Positions 19,695 through 32,455 of a stretch of 64,000 bases of DNA are shown piece after piece. Position numbers and translations under genes: made by a program. Within the stretch, counting starts at the first letter, position 1. Every line of letters begins with the position of its first letter. Below the pieces are notes generated by a model. The model was not told where the DNA came from, ran no database searches, and worked only from the letters and a program-made list of their open reading frames with translations. Origin of the DNA: an uncultured Actinomycetes bacterium (GTDB lineage: Bacteria; Actinomycetota; UBA4738; JBBDTT01); NCBI GenBank assembly GCA_963742735.1, contig CAVUMN010000004.1, positions 1,152,001 through 1,216,000 of the forward strand, read 5' to 3'.

Positions 19695-19717
19695 CCTGCG
19701 CACGATAGGTTGAGGCA

Positions 19718-20980
<1,263 letters not shown>

Positions 20981-20997
<17 letters not shown>

Positions 20998-21085
20998 ACA
21001 GCAGCGTCACGTAGATCCCGATGACCATCAGGCAGAACAGGATGAACGCCCATCCGCCGTCGACGATCGGTTCGAAGCCCAGCAT
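20981..21085 (-). CDS. 34-aa single-TM microprotein, last gene of the cytochrome b operon (absent from the ORF track)
   Basis: GGGAG RBS; [34 protein letters not shown] then TAA; high GC3; 9 nt after the previous stop. Confidence 0.75.
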
Positions 21086-21094
21086 GTCGTCTCC

Positions 21095-21850
21095 CTACGC
21101 CGGTCCCAGGAACTTCGGGGCTTCGCCCCCGGTCAGGATGTGCTTGCGCTTCTTCTCCGCCTTGTCGAGGAAGGGCAGGTGCCCCGCGAACATCAGCAGT
21201 GACACGCCGAGGAACAGGTAGGACGGCAGCGGCACGTTGCCCTCGTCGAACACCGCGAACGCCTCAAGGATCGGCCCGCCGTCTTTGAAGTAGACCTGCG
21301 CCGCGGCCAACTTGTATCCGTCCTCCTGGGTGAAGCGGATGTTCTGCAGCGCGAAGTCGGTGGGGGCGACCTCCGTCTCGGCGACCTCCGCGGAGATGCC
21401 GGCCTCCTCGGCCTGCGCGTGCGCCTCGCGGGCCAGGAAGTCGCCCATGGCGGTGGTCAGCGCCTCGATCTCGACACGGGTCGTCTCGTCGGGGACCTCC
21501 CACGGGTCCGCCGGGTACTTCCCGACCGAGTCGAACGTTGGGGAGGTGACGTTCTCGGCCACGGCCACCGGCGACCAGTGCGGCTCGGAGATGCAGGTCT
21601 CACACGCGTAGCGCGTGCCGCGCGGTCCCAGGTTCGGGGGCGTGCTGCCGGGCACGCCGAACACGAAGATGAGGGAGAAGATGATCATCATTCCCCAGAA
21701 GCCCACCGACGTGACCAGGTAGCCCATCCACCGGCCGAAGATCGCCGAGAGCAGCACGTAGACGCTGCCGAAGAACACCAGCGAGCCGAGGATCGTGACG
21801 CCCCACCCCTTGATGACGGTGGCGGTGTCGGCCGCGAAAAGGCCGTCCAT
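21095..21850 (-). CDS. Uncharacterised membrane protein of the cytochrome b operon
   Basis: ATG overlaps the cytochrome c stop (TGATG); two N-terminal TMs, an extracytoplasmic domain with CETC, and a C-terminal TM. Confidence 0.75.
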   Translation of the reverse strand: MDGLFAADTATVIKGWGVTILGSLVFFGSVYVLLSAIFGRWMGYLVTSVGFWGMMIIFSLIFVFGVPGSTPPNLGPRGTRYACETCISEPHWSPVAVAENVTSPTFDSVGKYPADPWEVPDETTRVEIEALTTAMGDFLAREAHAQAEEAGISAEVAETEVAPTDFALQNIRFTQEDGYKLAAAQVYFKDGGPILEAFAVFDEGNVPLPSYLFLGVSLLMFAGHLPFLDKAEKKRKHILTGGEAPKFLGPA

Positions 21851-22500
21851 CAGGTCGCCTCCTCCGGCGGGGTGATGCACCGGTTGTCCTCGTCGGGCAT
21901 CGTCTGAATGTCCAGCAGGTACAGGACGATGTCGTGGATCTGCTGGTCGTCCAACGGCCCGGCGAACCGGATGCTCCACGACGGCATGTCGGTCGGCGGC
22001 CGGCCCTCGCGGATGGTCGTGTAGACGTCCTCGAGGGTGAGCCGCCCGCACACGTCGGTCAGCTGCGGCACCTGGACGAACTCACCGTTGAAGTAGTTGA
22101 TGCCGCCCTCCAGGCCGGGGCCGTGGCAGCGCACGCAGCCAAACCCGAGCTCGTTGACGCCCTCCTCGAACTCCTCGGTGGTCTGCCGGCCGCGCTCGAT
22201 CGACTCGGTGACCGCCAGCCGCTCGTCGGCCAGGTTCTGCTTCGGCTCGCGGACCCACTGGATCGGGATCCACACCGCCATGAAGATGATCGAGACGAGC
22301 ATCCACGCCTGGAGCTTCTCGAGCAGGGGCTTCTCGAGGTCGGCGTCCGACGGTCCTGCCGCCATCGCGTGGGGGATCTCCGGCGGGACGTCGCTCGGCC
22401 GCAGCCGCCGGACCGTGACGGCGGTGACCACGATCAGAACCACGGCCACCGCGGCGAACGCGAGGATCGTCTGGCCGGAGAACGCCAGCGCGCCGCCCAC
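21850..22500 (-). CDS. Membrane-anchored monoheme cytochrome c
   Basis: Two TMs; CVRCH heme motif; GRPPTDMPSW distal Met; LDDQQIHDIVLYL. Confidence 0.9.
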   Translation of the reverse strand: MGGALAFSGQTILAFAAVAVVLIVVTAVTVRRLRPSDVPPEIPHAMAAGPSDADLEKPLLEKLQAWMLVSIIFMAVWIPIQWVREPKQNLADERLAVTESIERGRQTTEEFEEGVNELGFGCVRCHGPGLEGGINYFNGEFVQVPQLTDVCGRLTLEDVYTTIREGRPPTDMPSWSIRFAGPLDDQQIHDIVLYLLDIQTMPDEDNRCITPPEEAT

Positions 22501-23202
22501 CTAGCCGGCCCCCACGCAGAACGGCCCCTCGGGGTTCTGCCTCGTCGTGTCGACGCCGCGGGGCGGGCCGGGCTTGAGGGTCGCCGTGTCGACCTTCACC
22601 GTGTTGCCCTCCAGGACGACCGGGAAGCGGTCGAGGCCCTTCGGCGCCGGCCCGGACTGGTACTCGCCGGCGCGGTTGTACTTCGAGCCGTGGCACGGGC
22701 ACTCGAACCACTGGGACTGCTCGCAGAACGGCACTCGGCAGCCCAGGTGGACGCACCGCTGGTACAGGGCCATGAGCCCGCCGGCCGCGACCCCCACGTA
22801 GTCCTCGGGGAGGGGGTCGACGTCGTAGGGGACCAGGTAGAACTTGCCGGAGCCCAGGTAGAACGGCTGGCGCGTCGACTGGATCGCGTTGCGGATCTCG
22901 TCCAGCGAGCCGGCGGTGATGACCGAGCCGAACCCGCCCTTCAGGTTCGGGTACAGGAACGCCAGCGTCGCGAAGCCGAACTGCGCGGTGAAGACGCTGA
23001 GGCCCATCAGGATGCCTCCGCGGAAGAAGTCGCGGCGCGACACCGGCTTGGCCGGCTTCGGCTTGTCGGTCGGCACGCGGCCGGCGGCGGCGGCCGCGGC
23101 CTGGCGGGCCCGGAGGAACGACCCCGCGAGCAACAGCAGGAACAGCCCGAACAGCGCGCCGACCACCAGGATCGCGAACGTCGACTGCGACAGCCCGAGC
23201 AT
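22501..23202 (-). CDS. Rieske iron-sulfur subunit of a menaquinol:cytochrome c reductase
   Basis: CVHLGC and CPCHGSKY boxes; GPAPKGL; Tat motif SRRDFF preceded by an extra TM. Confidence 0.93.
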   Translation of the reverse strand: MLGLSQSTFAILVVGALFGLFLLLLAGSFLRARQAAAAAAGRVPTDKPKPAKPVSRRDFFRGGILMGLSVFTAQFGFATLAFLYPNLKGGFGSVITAGSLDEIRNAIQSTRQPFYLGSGKFYLVPYDVDPLPEDYVGVAAGGLMALYQRCVHLGCRVPFCEQSQWFECPCHGSKYNRAGEYQSGPAPKGLDRFPVVLEGNTVKVDTATLKPGPPRGVDTTRQNPEGPFCVGAG

Positions 23203-24044
23203 CACAGGTCGAAGAAGAGGCCCTGGGTCCACGGCCACACCCAGTTCTGCGCCGGGCCGCGGAAGAACGAACCGATCATGACCAGGATCGCCCAGAACAT
23301 GATGAACATCGTGAACAGCGTGATGGCCACCTTGCGATCGCCGGGCTTGGTGGAGGGGTTGCGGTCGAAGTAGGGGACCACGATCAGGCCGATGATCGCG
23401 ACCGTCGGCATCATCACGCCCGCGATCGTCGGGTGGAAGTACCGCAGGAGCTCCTGCAGGCCCATGAAGTACCACGGCGCCTTCGACGGGTTCGGCGTCA
23501 GGTTCGGGTTCGCCAGCTCGAGCAGCGGCGCGTTCACGAACGTCGAGAACACGATCAGGAACGCGCTCACGACCAGCAGCGCCACGAACTCCTCGGCCAG
23601 CAGGTGCGGCCACACGTTCACCCGGTCGCCCTGTTCGCGCTCGACCCGCTGGATGCCCTCGGGGGGGACCAGGGCCAGCAGCCGGTGCTTCTCGTTCTGG
23701 CCGGGCTTGGCGGCGGTGGGCGGCTTGCCGGTCGGGGGCGGCGCGACCCGGACCGCGGCGGCCGGCGCGGCGAACACCGCTCCGGTTGCGGCGGCGGCGG
23801 CGGCGGCCTCGGGGGCCGCGGCGGCGGCGGCCGGCTGGGCGGCGCCTCCATTCCCGGCGGGGGCCGCGGCGGCGGCGGGCTTGGGGGCCCGCTCGGGCTC
23901 GCCGTGCTCCTTGTGGTAGGCGGAGACGGCCGCGCGGCGCGCCCGCCCCTCGGCGACGCGCTTGTCGGAGCCCTTCTCGAGCTGCTCCTTCAGGACGCGG
24001 TCGAAGATCTCCTGGTCCATCGGAGTGTCGGCAGGGCCGGCCAT
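23202..24044 (-). CDS. Cytochrome b C-terminal subunit (subunit IV/PetD-like) with N-terminal helical domain and Ala/Pro linker
   Basis: VWPHLL, ANPNLTPNPSKAPWYF (PEWY-equivalent), PYFDRNP and three TMs. Confidence 0.9.
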   Translation of the reverse strand: MAGPADTPMDQEIFDRVLKEQLEKGSDKRVAEGRARRAAVSAYHKEHGEPERAPKPAAAAAPAGNGGAAQPAAAAAAPEAAAAAAATGAVFAAPAAAVRVAPPPTGKPPTAAKPGQNEKHRLLALVPPEGIQRVEREQGDRVNVWPHLLAEEFVALLVVSAFLIVFSTFVNAPLLELANPNLTPNPSKAPWYFMGLQELLRYFHPTIAGVMMPTVAIIGLIVVPYFDRNPSTKPGDRKVAITLFTMFIMFWAILVMIGSFFRGPAQNWVWPWTQGLFFDL

Positions 24045-24063
24045 CGTGGTCTCACTTCCCCCT

Positions 24064-24852
24064 TTACAGCGGTCCGGAGATCCCGCCGTCCTTGCGGATC
24101 CTCCAGAAGTGGACGGCCAGGAAGATGGTCAGGAAGAACGGCAGCGCCAGCACGTGCAGGACGTAGAACCGCAGCAGGGTGTCGGGCCCGACGGCGGTTC
24201 CCGCGAACAGCAGGAACTGGACCTGTTTCGCGATCAGCGGGCTGTACCCGGCGATGCCCTGCCCCACGGTGACCGCCCAGATCGCGAGCTGGTCCCAGGG
24301 GAGCAGGTAGCCGGTGTAGGAGAGCAGCAGCGTGAGCAGCAGCAGGATCACCCCGACCACCCAGTTGAACTCCCGCGGCGGCTTGTACGCGCCGGTGTAG
24401 AACACCCGGGCCATGTGCAGGAACACCGAGATGACCATGAGGTGCGCGCCCCATCGATGGATGTTGCGCACCAGGTCGCCGAAGATCACGTTCGTCTTGA
24501 TGTTCTCCATGTCGGCGTAGGCCAGCGCGCCGCCGATGTCGGCCGCCGGCCGGTAGAAGAACATCAGGTAGATGCCGGTGACGGTCAGCAGGACGAACAG
24601 GAAGAACGACAGGCCGCCCAGGCAGAACGTGTACGTCAGCTTGAGCCCGTGCCGTTTGATCTTGACCGGATGCAGGTGGTACAGGACGTTGTTCATCGTG
24701 GCCAGCGCCCGGTCGCGCGAGGTGTCCTTGTAGCCCTTCCGGAACATGGAACCCGGCCGGAAGATCGACTTCCAGACCTCGCTCTCCCGGATGTAGTCGC
24801 CGACCTCGGCCGGGGTGGGGAGGAAGGACGGAAGGCGGGGCTTCAGGTTCAC
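24064..24852 (-). CDS. Cytochrome b N-terminal subunit (cytochrome b6-like, 4 TM)
   Basis: [55 protein letters not shown]...HFWRIRK and GISGPL end. Confidence 0.93.
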   Translation of the reverse strand: MNLKPRLPSFLPTPAEVGDYIRESEVWKSIFRPGSMFRKGYKDTSRDRALATMNNVLYHLHPVKIKRHGLKLTYTFCLGGLSFFLFVLLTVTGIYLMFFYRPAADIGGALAYADMENIKTNVIFGDLVRNIHRWGAHLMVISVFLHMARVFYTGAYKPPREFNWVVGVILLLLTLLLSYTGYLLPWDQLAIWAVTVGQGIAGYSPLIAKQVQFLLFAGTAVGPDTLLRFYVLHVLALPFFLTIFLAVHFWRIRKDGGISGPL

Positions 24853-24856
24853 CGGC

Positions 24857-25252
24857 TCACTCCTCGGCCGCCTGGCCGGCGGGGACCGCGGCCATCTGCC
24901 GGGCGCCCTCGGCGCCCTCGGGGATCCGGGCGTAGTACAGGCAGTCGCTGGGGCATCGCTCCACGCACACGCTGCACCGGGTGCAGGCGTTGTCGTCGAC
25001 CACGAAGATCGCGTACGCCTGGTTGACGTCGGCCCCGACCGCGCCGTCCTCGGTCCCCTCGACGATCCCCGGGTCCAGCATGTAGATGCAGTTCCAGGGG
25101 CAGACGTCCTCGCAGGCCCGGCAGAGGATGCACGGCTCGGGGTCGAGCATCAGGTGCTTGGGGGACTTCACGCCCTCCTTGAGCCATCCGACGTCGACGG
25201 TCTGGAGCTCGTAGTCCTCCCGGATGTCGACCTCGGTCTTGGTGAACGCCAT
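24857..25252 (-). CDS. 2x[4Fe-4S] ferredoxin
   Basis: [12 protein letters not shown] and [12 protein letters not shown]; acidic; no signal peptide. Confidence 0.92.
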   Translation of the reverse strand: MAFTKTEVDIREDYELQTVDVGWLKEGVKSPKHLMLDPEPCILCRACEDVCPWNCIYMLDPGIVEGTEDGAVGADVNQAYAIFVVDDNACTRCSVCVERCPSDCLYYARIPEGAEGARQMAAVPAGQAAEE

Positions 25253-25267
25253 ACGTCGATGCCTTCC

Positions 25268-25624
25268 TTACCGGTAGCCGCCCGAGGGGCGCGAGTCGCC
25301 CGCCTCGCCGCGGACCTTGTGCCGCTGCTTCTGCAGTAGGTACCCGATCACGATCACGGTCACCACCGGGCCGACCGAGAGGTTGGCGCCGATGAAGTCG
25401 CTGAGCTTCGAGAGCCAGAAGTTCCGGTTCCAGCCGATGGTCTCGGCGAAGTACAGCCACGCGGAGGGGATGACGGAGGTCGACACGATCGCGAACATCC
25501 AGAAGCCGACGCTGAACACGACGGCCTTCGTCCACGTCCACTCGAACTCACGAAGGAAGTTGTTGAGCCGGTCGACGACGGGAGCGAGCCTGCGCTCGAT
25601 AACCTTCGGGATCGGCAGCTTCAC
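25268..25624 (-). CDS. Small 2-TM membrane protein, first gene of the cytochrome b operon
   Basis: GGGGGAG RBS; two hydrophobic segments; C-terminal SGGYR. Confidence 0.75.
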   Translation of the reverse strand: MKLPIPKVIERRLAPVVDRLNNFLREFEWTWTKAVVFSVGFWMFAIVSTSVIPSAWLYFAETIGWNRNFWLSKLSDFIGANLSVGPVVTVIVIGYLLQKQRHKVRGEAGDSRPSGGYR

Positions 25625-25688
25625 CCTGCGTGTCTCCCCCTCGGCCGTGGGCCAGCGGATTCTATATCAGCCACCCGGTCCACCTCGT

Positions 25689-25706
25689 TCGTGAATCCCT
25701 TCACAA
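25689..25706. promoter_or_regulatory. Rex operator between the cytochrome b operon and ccdA
   Basis: TCGTGAATCCCTTCACAA; minus-strand -10 TAGAAT at 25664-25659. Confidence 0.85.
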
Positions 25707-25779
25707 GCGACGTTCCCAGTGTATCGAGCGGGACAGACGGCGCAAACTCCGCCGAGGCGGCGGTCGCTACGCTAGCGCC

Positions 25780-26526
25780 GTGACCGAGTTCGTGGCCGAC
25801 GGGATCCAGGCATGGTGGGCGCCGCTGCTGGCGTTCGCCGCCGGCCTGGTGTCGTTCGCCTCGCCGTGCGTCCTGCCCGTGGTGCCCGGCTACCTGTCCT
25901 TCGTGTCGGGGACCCAGGAGGAGGGCGGGCGCCACGCCCTGCTCCCGACGGCGCTGTTCGTCCTGGGGTTCGCGGCCGTGTTCACCGCCCTGGGGGTCGG
26001 GGCGGGCATCGGGGGTGGCGCGGTCACCCGGTTCCTTCGCTCGAGCGCGGCCCTGCGCGTGGCCGGGACCATCGTGATCCTCGTCGGCGCGTTCATGGTG
26101 CTGTACGCCCTGCGGCTGGGGCGGCCCGGGCTGTTCGCCGAGCAGCGACCGTTCCTGTCGAAGGTCAAGCCGGGCGTCGCCGGCGCCTTCCCTCTGGGGA
26201 TGGCCTTCGCCGCGGGGTGGACGCCGTGCATCGGTCCGGTCCTGGGGCTGATCCTCACCCTGGCCGCGAACGAGGGGAGCGCGCTGCGCGGCGGCGTCCT
26301 GCTGTTCGTCTACTCCCTGGGGCTCGGCGTGCCGTTCCTGCTGGTCGGGCTGGGGGTCAACCGGCTCGTCCGCGCGCTGGCGTTCGTGAAGCGGAACTAC
26401 CACTGGATCGCCGGCGTCGGCGGGGCGCTGATGGTGGTCATCGGGGTGCTGCTGGTGACCGGGCTGTGGACGCGGGTGATCCTGCCGCTGCAGCGGCTGA
26501 CCCAGAGCTTCGAGCCCCCGATCTAG
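25780..26526 (+). CDS. ccdA: Cytochrome c biogenesis disulfide transporter CcdA
   Basis: SFASPCVLPVVPGYL and GWTPCIGPVLG; TACGCT 6 nt before GTG 25780 (leaderless). Confidence 0.92.
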   Translation: MTEFVADGIQAWWAPLLAFAAGLVSFASPCVLPVVPGYLSFVSGTQEEGGRHALLPTALFVLGFAAVFTALGVGAGIGGGAVTRFLRSSAALRVAGTIVILVGAFMVLYALRLGRPGLFAEQRPFLSKVKPGVAGAFPLGMAFAAGWTPCIGPVLGLILTLAANEGSALRGGVLLFVYSLGLGVPFLLVGLGVNRLVRALAFVKRNYHWIAGVGGALMVVIGVLLVTGLWTRVILPLQRLTQSFEPPI

Positions 26527-26540
26527 CGCCGCGCGCCGCG

Positions 26541-26595
26541 TTGCTCCCGCTCCCGCGCCGGGCGTAAAGTGACGACTTCGTGAAAGTCTTCACAA
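26541..26595 (+). promoter_or_regulatory. Promoter and Rex operator of the menJ-nuoA-N operon
   Basis: -35 TTGCTC (26541), -10 TAAAGT (26565), operator TCGTGAAAGTCTTCACAA (26578-26595). Confidence 0.85.
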
Positions 26596-26611
26596 GCTCC
26601 CGAGAAGGGGG

Positions 26612-27859
26612 GTGAAGGCGACGGGGAAGACGACCGAAGTCGACGTGCTTGTGGTCGGGGCGGGCCCCGGCGGATCGGCCACGGCCTATCACCTGGCCAA
26701 GCACGGGGTGAACGTCCTCTCGGTCGAGAAGGCCCGCTTCCCGCGCGAGAAGGTCTGCGGCGACGGGCTCACCCCGCGCGGCGTCCGCGCCCTGGCCCGG
26801 ATGGGCGTCGACCCAATGGACCCCGCGTTCGTCCGCGTCGACGGGCTCCGCAGCCACGCCCACGGCCACACCATCACGCTGCCGTGGCCGGCGCTGCGCG
26901 CGTTCCCCTCGTTCGGCGTCGTTCGCACGCGCCTGGACTTCGACCAGCTCCTGGCCCAGCGGGCCGAGAAGGCCGGGGCCATGCTGTGGGAGGAGACCGA
27001 GGCGGCCGCGCCCGAGGTCGACCCCTACCAGTGGGTGACCGGGGCCAGCGTGGTCCGCAACGGACAACCCGAGAACGTCCGCGCCCGCTTCGTGATCGCG
27101 GCCGACGGCGCCGCGTCACGGTTCGCCGGCCAGGCGGGCGTCCGGCGGGACCCGCAGCGTCCCCTCGGCATCGCCGCCCGCCGGTACTTCCGGAGCCCGC
27201 GCGCCCAGGAGCCGCTGCTTGAGTCGTGGCTCGACCTGGACGACCGGGGGCGCAACCTTCCCGGCTACGGCTGGATATTCCCGCTCGGCGACGGCGTGCT
27301 GAACGTCGGGGCCGGGCTCCTGGACACCTACCGGGACTTCCGCGACATCTCGGCGCGCAAACTGTTCGAGACGTTCGTGCGGATGCTGCCGGCCGAGTGG
27401 GGCCTGACCGAGGAGAACGCCATCGGGCCCCTGCTGTCGGGTCCGCTGCCGATGGGCATGAACCGCCGGCCGCTGTCCCGGCCGGGGATGCTCGTGGTCG
27501 GCGACGCCGGCGGCATCGTCAACCCGTTCAACGGCGAGGGCATCGCCTACGCGATCGAGTCCGGCGAGCTCGCCGCGGAGCTGATCTTCGAGGCGCTGGT
27601 CAAGGACCGCCCCGCGATCGCCCACCTGTACCCGACGATGCTCCGTCAGCGGTACGGCAGGTACTTCACCCTCGGACGGGCGTTCGTGAAGGTCATCGGC
27701 GACCCCCGGGTCATGCGCGCCGCCACCCGGTACGGGCTGCCCCGGCGCACCCTCATGGAGTGGCTGCTGCGGGTGATGGCCAACCTGACCGACGGCAAGG
27801 ACGGCGACGTGCAGGACCGGCTGTTCTACGCCCTCGAGCGAATCGCACCGGAGCGCTAG
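26612..27859 (+). CDS. Geranylgeranyl reductase family protein, probable menaquinone reductase (MenJ-like)
   Basis: VVGAGPGGS, FPREKVCGDGLTPR, GYGWIFP and GDAGGIVNPFNGEGIAYA; position before nuoA as in other actinobacteria. Confidence 0.88.
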   Translation: MKATGKTTEVDVLVVGAGPGGSATAYHLAKHGVNVLSVEKARFPREKVCGDGLTPRGVRALARMGVDPMDPAFVRVDGLRSHAHGHTITLPWPALRAFPSFGVVRTRLDFDQLLAQRAEKAGAMLWEETEAAAPEVDPYQWVTGASVVRNGQPENVRARFVIAADGAASRFAGQAGVRRDPQRPLGIAARRYFRSPRAQEPLLESWLDLDDRGRNLPGYGWIFPLGDGVLNVGAGLLDTYRDFRDISARKLFETFVRMLPAEWGLTEENAIGPLLSGPLPMGMNRRPLSRPGMLVVGDAGGIVNPFNGEGIAYAIESGELAAELIFEALVKDRPAIAHLYPTMLRQRYGRYFTLGRAFVKVIGDPRVMRAATRYGLPRRTLMEWLLRVMANLTDGKDGDVQDRLFYALERIAPER

Positions 27860-28219
27860 ATGCTGCGCGACTACCTGCCCATCCTGATCCTGCTGGTGGT
27901 GGCGGGGGCGTTCGCGGTGCTGTCGCTGATGGCCTCGGCGCTGCTGCGGCCGAAGCGCCCGACGCCGGCGAAGCTGGCGCCCTACGAGTGCGGGATCGAG
28001 CCGGAACGGATCCCCAAGGGCGAGCGCTTCCCGGTCCGGTTCTACGTCGTGGCGATGCTGTTCATCATCTTCGACATCGAGACGATCTTCCTGTTCCCCT
28101 GGGCCGTCACGTTCCGCCAGCTCGGCCTGTTCGGGCTCGTGGAGATGGCGGTGTTCATCGGGCTGGTGTTCGTCGCCTACGTCTACGTGTGGCAGAAGGG
28201 CGGCCTGGAATGGGAGTGA
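27860..28219 (+). CDS. nuoA: NADH-quinone oxidoreductase subunit A
   Basis: KLAPYECG and [15 protein letters not shown]. Confidence 0.96.
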   Translation: MLRDYLPILILLVVAGAFAVLSLMASALLRPKRPTPAKLAPYECGIEPERIPKGERFPVRFYVVAMLFIIFDIETIFLFPWAVTFRQLGLFGLVEMAVFIGLVFVAYVYVWQKGGLEWE

Positions 28220-28232
28220 GGGGGACCACGCG

Positions 28233-28741
<509 letters not shown>

Positions 28742-28745
<4 letters not shown>

Positions 28746-29239
28746 GTCCCGCCGAGCTGGCCGCGCGCCTCCGCGAGCGCTTCCCCGACGTCCTCGAGGC
28801 ACGGGGCGAGGTCACCGTGACCATCTCCGCGGCGGACGTGCTCCCAACGCTCCGGGCGCTCCGCGACGACGAGACCCTCGCGTTCGGGTTCCTGTCCTCG
28901 GTGGGGTGCACCGACTGGCCGGGAGCCGACCCGCGGTTCTGGCTGGCGTATCACCTCAAGTCGCTCTCGCACGGACACCGCGTCCGGGTGAAGGCCGGGC
29001 TCTCCGGCGAGGCGCCGCGGGTCGCGTCGGTCACGCCGATGTTCCCCACCGCGAACTGGGAGGAGCGGGAGGTCTTCGACCTGTTCGGGGTGACGTTCGA
29101 CGGCCACCCGGACCTCCGCCGGATCCTCATGCCCGACGACTGGGAGGGCCACCCGCTGCGCAAGGACGCCGGGCTCGGCGGCGTCAACGTCCCGTTCAAG
29201 GGCGCCCACATCCCGCCCCCGGACCAGCGGGCCTACTGA
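28742..29239 (+). CDS. nuoC: NADH-quinone oxidoreductase subunit C
   Basis: [13 protein letters not shown] and [22 protein letters not shown]. Confidence 0.96.
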
Positions 29240-30522
29240 TGAGCGACCAAGGCCTCCCGGGCACCGGCACGTTCGCCTCGTCGCAGAAGACGCGGATTCC
29301 TCGCCTGCGCGAGGACACCATGGTCGTCAACTTCGGCCCCCAGCACCCGTCGATGCATGGGGTGCTCCGGCTGGCCCTCGAGCTCGACGGCGAGAACGTC
29401 GTGTCCTGCCATCCGGTGATCGGCTATCTCCACACCGGCATCGAGAAGAACACCGAGGTCCGGACGTGGCAGCAGGGCGTGGCCTTCGTCACCCGGATGG
29501 ACTACCTGGCGCCGTTCTTCAACGAGACCGCGTACTGCCTGGCCGTGGAGCGGCTCCTCGGGATCGAGGCGCCGCCCCGGGCCCAGACGATCCGGGTCAT
29601 CGCGATGGAGCTGAACCGGGTCGCCAGCCATCTGGTGTGGCTGGCCACCAGTGGGCTGGAGCTCGGCGCGGTCTCGGTGATGCTGTACGGGTTCCGGGAG
29701 CGCGAGCGGATCCTCGACGTGTTCGAGGCCCTCACCGGCCTGCGCATGAACCACGGCTACGTCCGGGTGGGCGGGCTGGTCATGGACCTCCCCGACGACG
29801 GGATCGAGCGCATCCGCGCCCTCGTCCGCGACCTCCCCGGCCGCATCGACGAGTTCGAGGACCTGCTGTCGAAGAACCCGATCTGGATCGAGCGCAACCA
29901 GGGCGTGGGACACCTGCCGGCCGAGGACGCCCTCGCCCTCGGCGTGACCGGCCCCATGCTCCGCGCGAGCGGCGTCTCCTACGACCTGCGGAAGGACGAG
30001 CCGTATCTCGGGTACCAGGACTACGAGTTCGAGGTCCCCGTCCGGACCGAGGGCGACTGCCTGGCTCGGTACCAGGTCCGCATCGCGGAGATGCGGGAGT
30101 CCCTGAAGATCGTCGCGCAGGCCCTCGACCGGCTGCCGGGCGGCCGGGTGATGGTCGAGGACCCCCACCTGGCCTGGCCCGCGAAGCTCGAGGTCGGGCC
30201 GGACGGCATCGGCAACTCCGAGGCGTACGTGAAATACATCATGGAGGAGTCGATGGAGGCCCTGATCAACCACTTCAAGCTGGTGACGCAGGGCATCCGG
30301 GTCCCGGCGGGCGAGGTCTATCAGACGGTGGAGTCGCCCCGCGGCGAGCTCGGCTACTACGTCGTCTCGAACGGCGGCTACCAGCCGTACCGGGTCGCCG
30401 TGCGCGACCCCTCGTTCGTGAACCTGCAGTCGGTCCCGATGATGGTCACGGACCGGCTGATCGCCGACGTCATCGCCGTCGTGGCGAGCGTCGATCCCGT
30501 GATGGGCGGGGTGGACCGGTGA
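29239..30522 (+). CDS. nuoD: NADH-quinone oxidoreductase subunit D
   Basis: [32 protein letters not shown] and DPVMGGVDR. Confidence 0.97.
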   Translation: MSDQGLPGTGTFASSQKTRIPRLREDTMVVNFGPQHPSMHGVLRLALELDGENVVSCHPVIGYLHTGIEKNTEVRTWQQGVAFVTRMDYLAPFFNETAYCLAVERLLGIEAPPRAQTIRVIAMELNRVASHLVWLATSGLELGAVSVMLYGFRERERILDVFEALTGLRMNHGYVRVGGLVMDLPDDGIERIRALVRDLPGRIDEFEDLLSKNPIWIERNQGVGHLPAEDALALGVTGPMLRASGVSYDLRKDEPYLGYQDYEFEVPVRTEGDCLARYQVRIAEMRESLKIVAQALDRLPGGRVMVEDPHLAWPAKLEVGPDGIGNSEAYVKYIMEESMEALINHFKLVTQGIRVPAGEVYQTVESPRGELGYYVVSNGGYQPYRVAVRDPSFVNLQSVPMMVTDRLIADVIAVVASVDPVMGGVDR

Positions 30523-31108
30523 GCGCCGAGTTCGCCGAGATCGCCCAGCGGATCGTGGCCCGCTACCCGCATCCCCGCTCCGCGATGATGCCGCTGCTCT
30601 ACCTGGTCCAGGCCGAGGACGGCCACGTCTCACGCGAGGGCATGCAGCGCGTCGCGGAGGTCCTGGGCCTGACGACCGCCGAGGTCGAGGGGGTCGTCAC
30701 CTTCTACACGATGTACCAGCGGCCCCCGTGCGGGAAGTACGTCCTGTCGGTGTGCACCAACCTGTCGTGCGCGCTGCTCGGGGGGCGCCGGCTCCTGGAG
30801 ATCGCCCTCGAGGAGCTGGGCGAGGAGGCCCACCGCGGCGTCAGCGAGGACGGCATGATCACCGTCCACGAGGAGGAGTGCCTGGCCGCCTGCGAGACCG
30901 CGCCCGTGGTCCAGGTCAACTTCGCGAACTACGACCGCGTGACCCCCGACGGCATGCGCGAGCTGATCGCGGCGCTTCGCCGGGGCGAGCCGCCCGCGCC
31001 GTCACGCGGCGAGGCTCCCGGCGACCTGCAGGCGACCTCGCGGGTCCTGGCCGGCGTCGACGGGCCGCTGGACGTGCTGCGCCCCGGCCCTCCGGTGGAG
31101 GACGGCGC

Positions 31109-31112
<4 letters not shown>
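30519..31112 (+). CDS. nuoE: NADH-quinone oxidoreductase subunit E
   Basis: [14 protein letters not shown] and [10 protein letters not shown]. Confidence 0.96.

Positions 31113-32451
<1,339 letters not shown>

Positions 32452-32455
<4 letters not shown>

Noticed and set aside
21585-21612. CETC in the unknown membrane protein as a heme c site
   Set aside because: Followed by Ile rather than His, so it is not CxxCH
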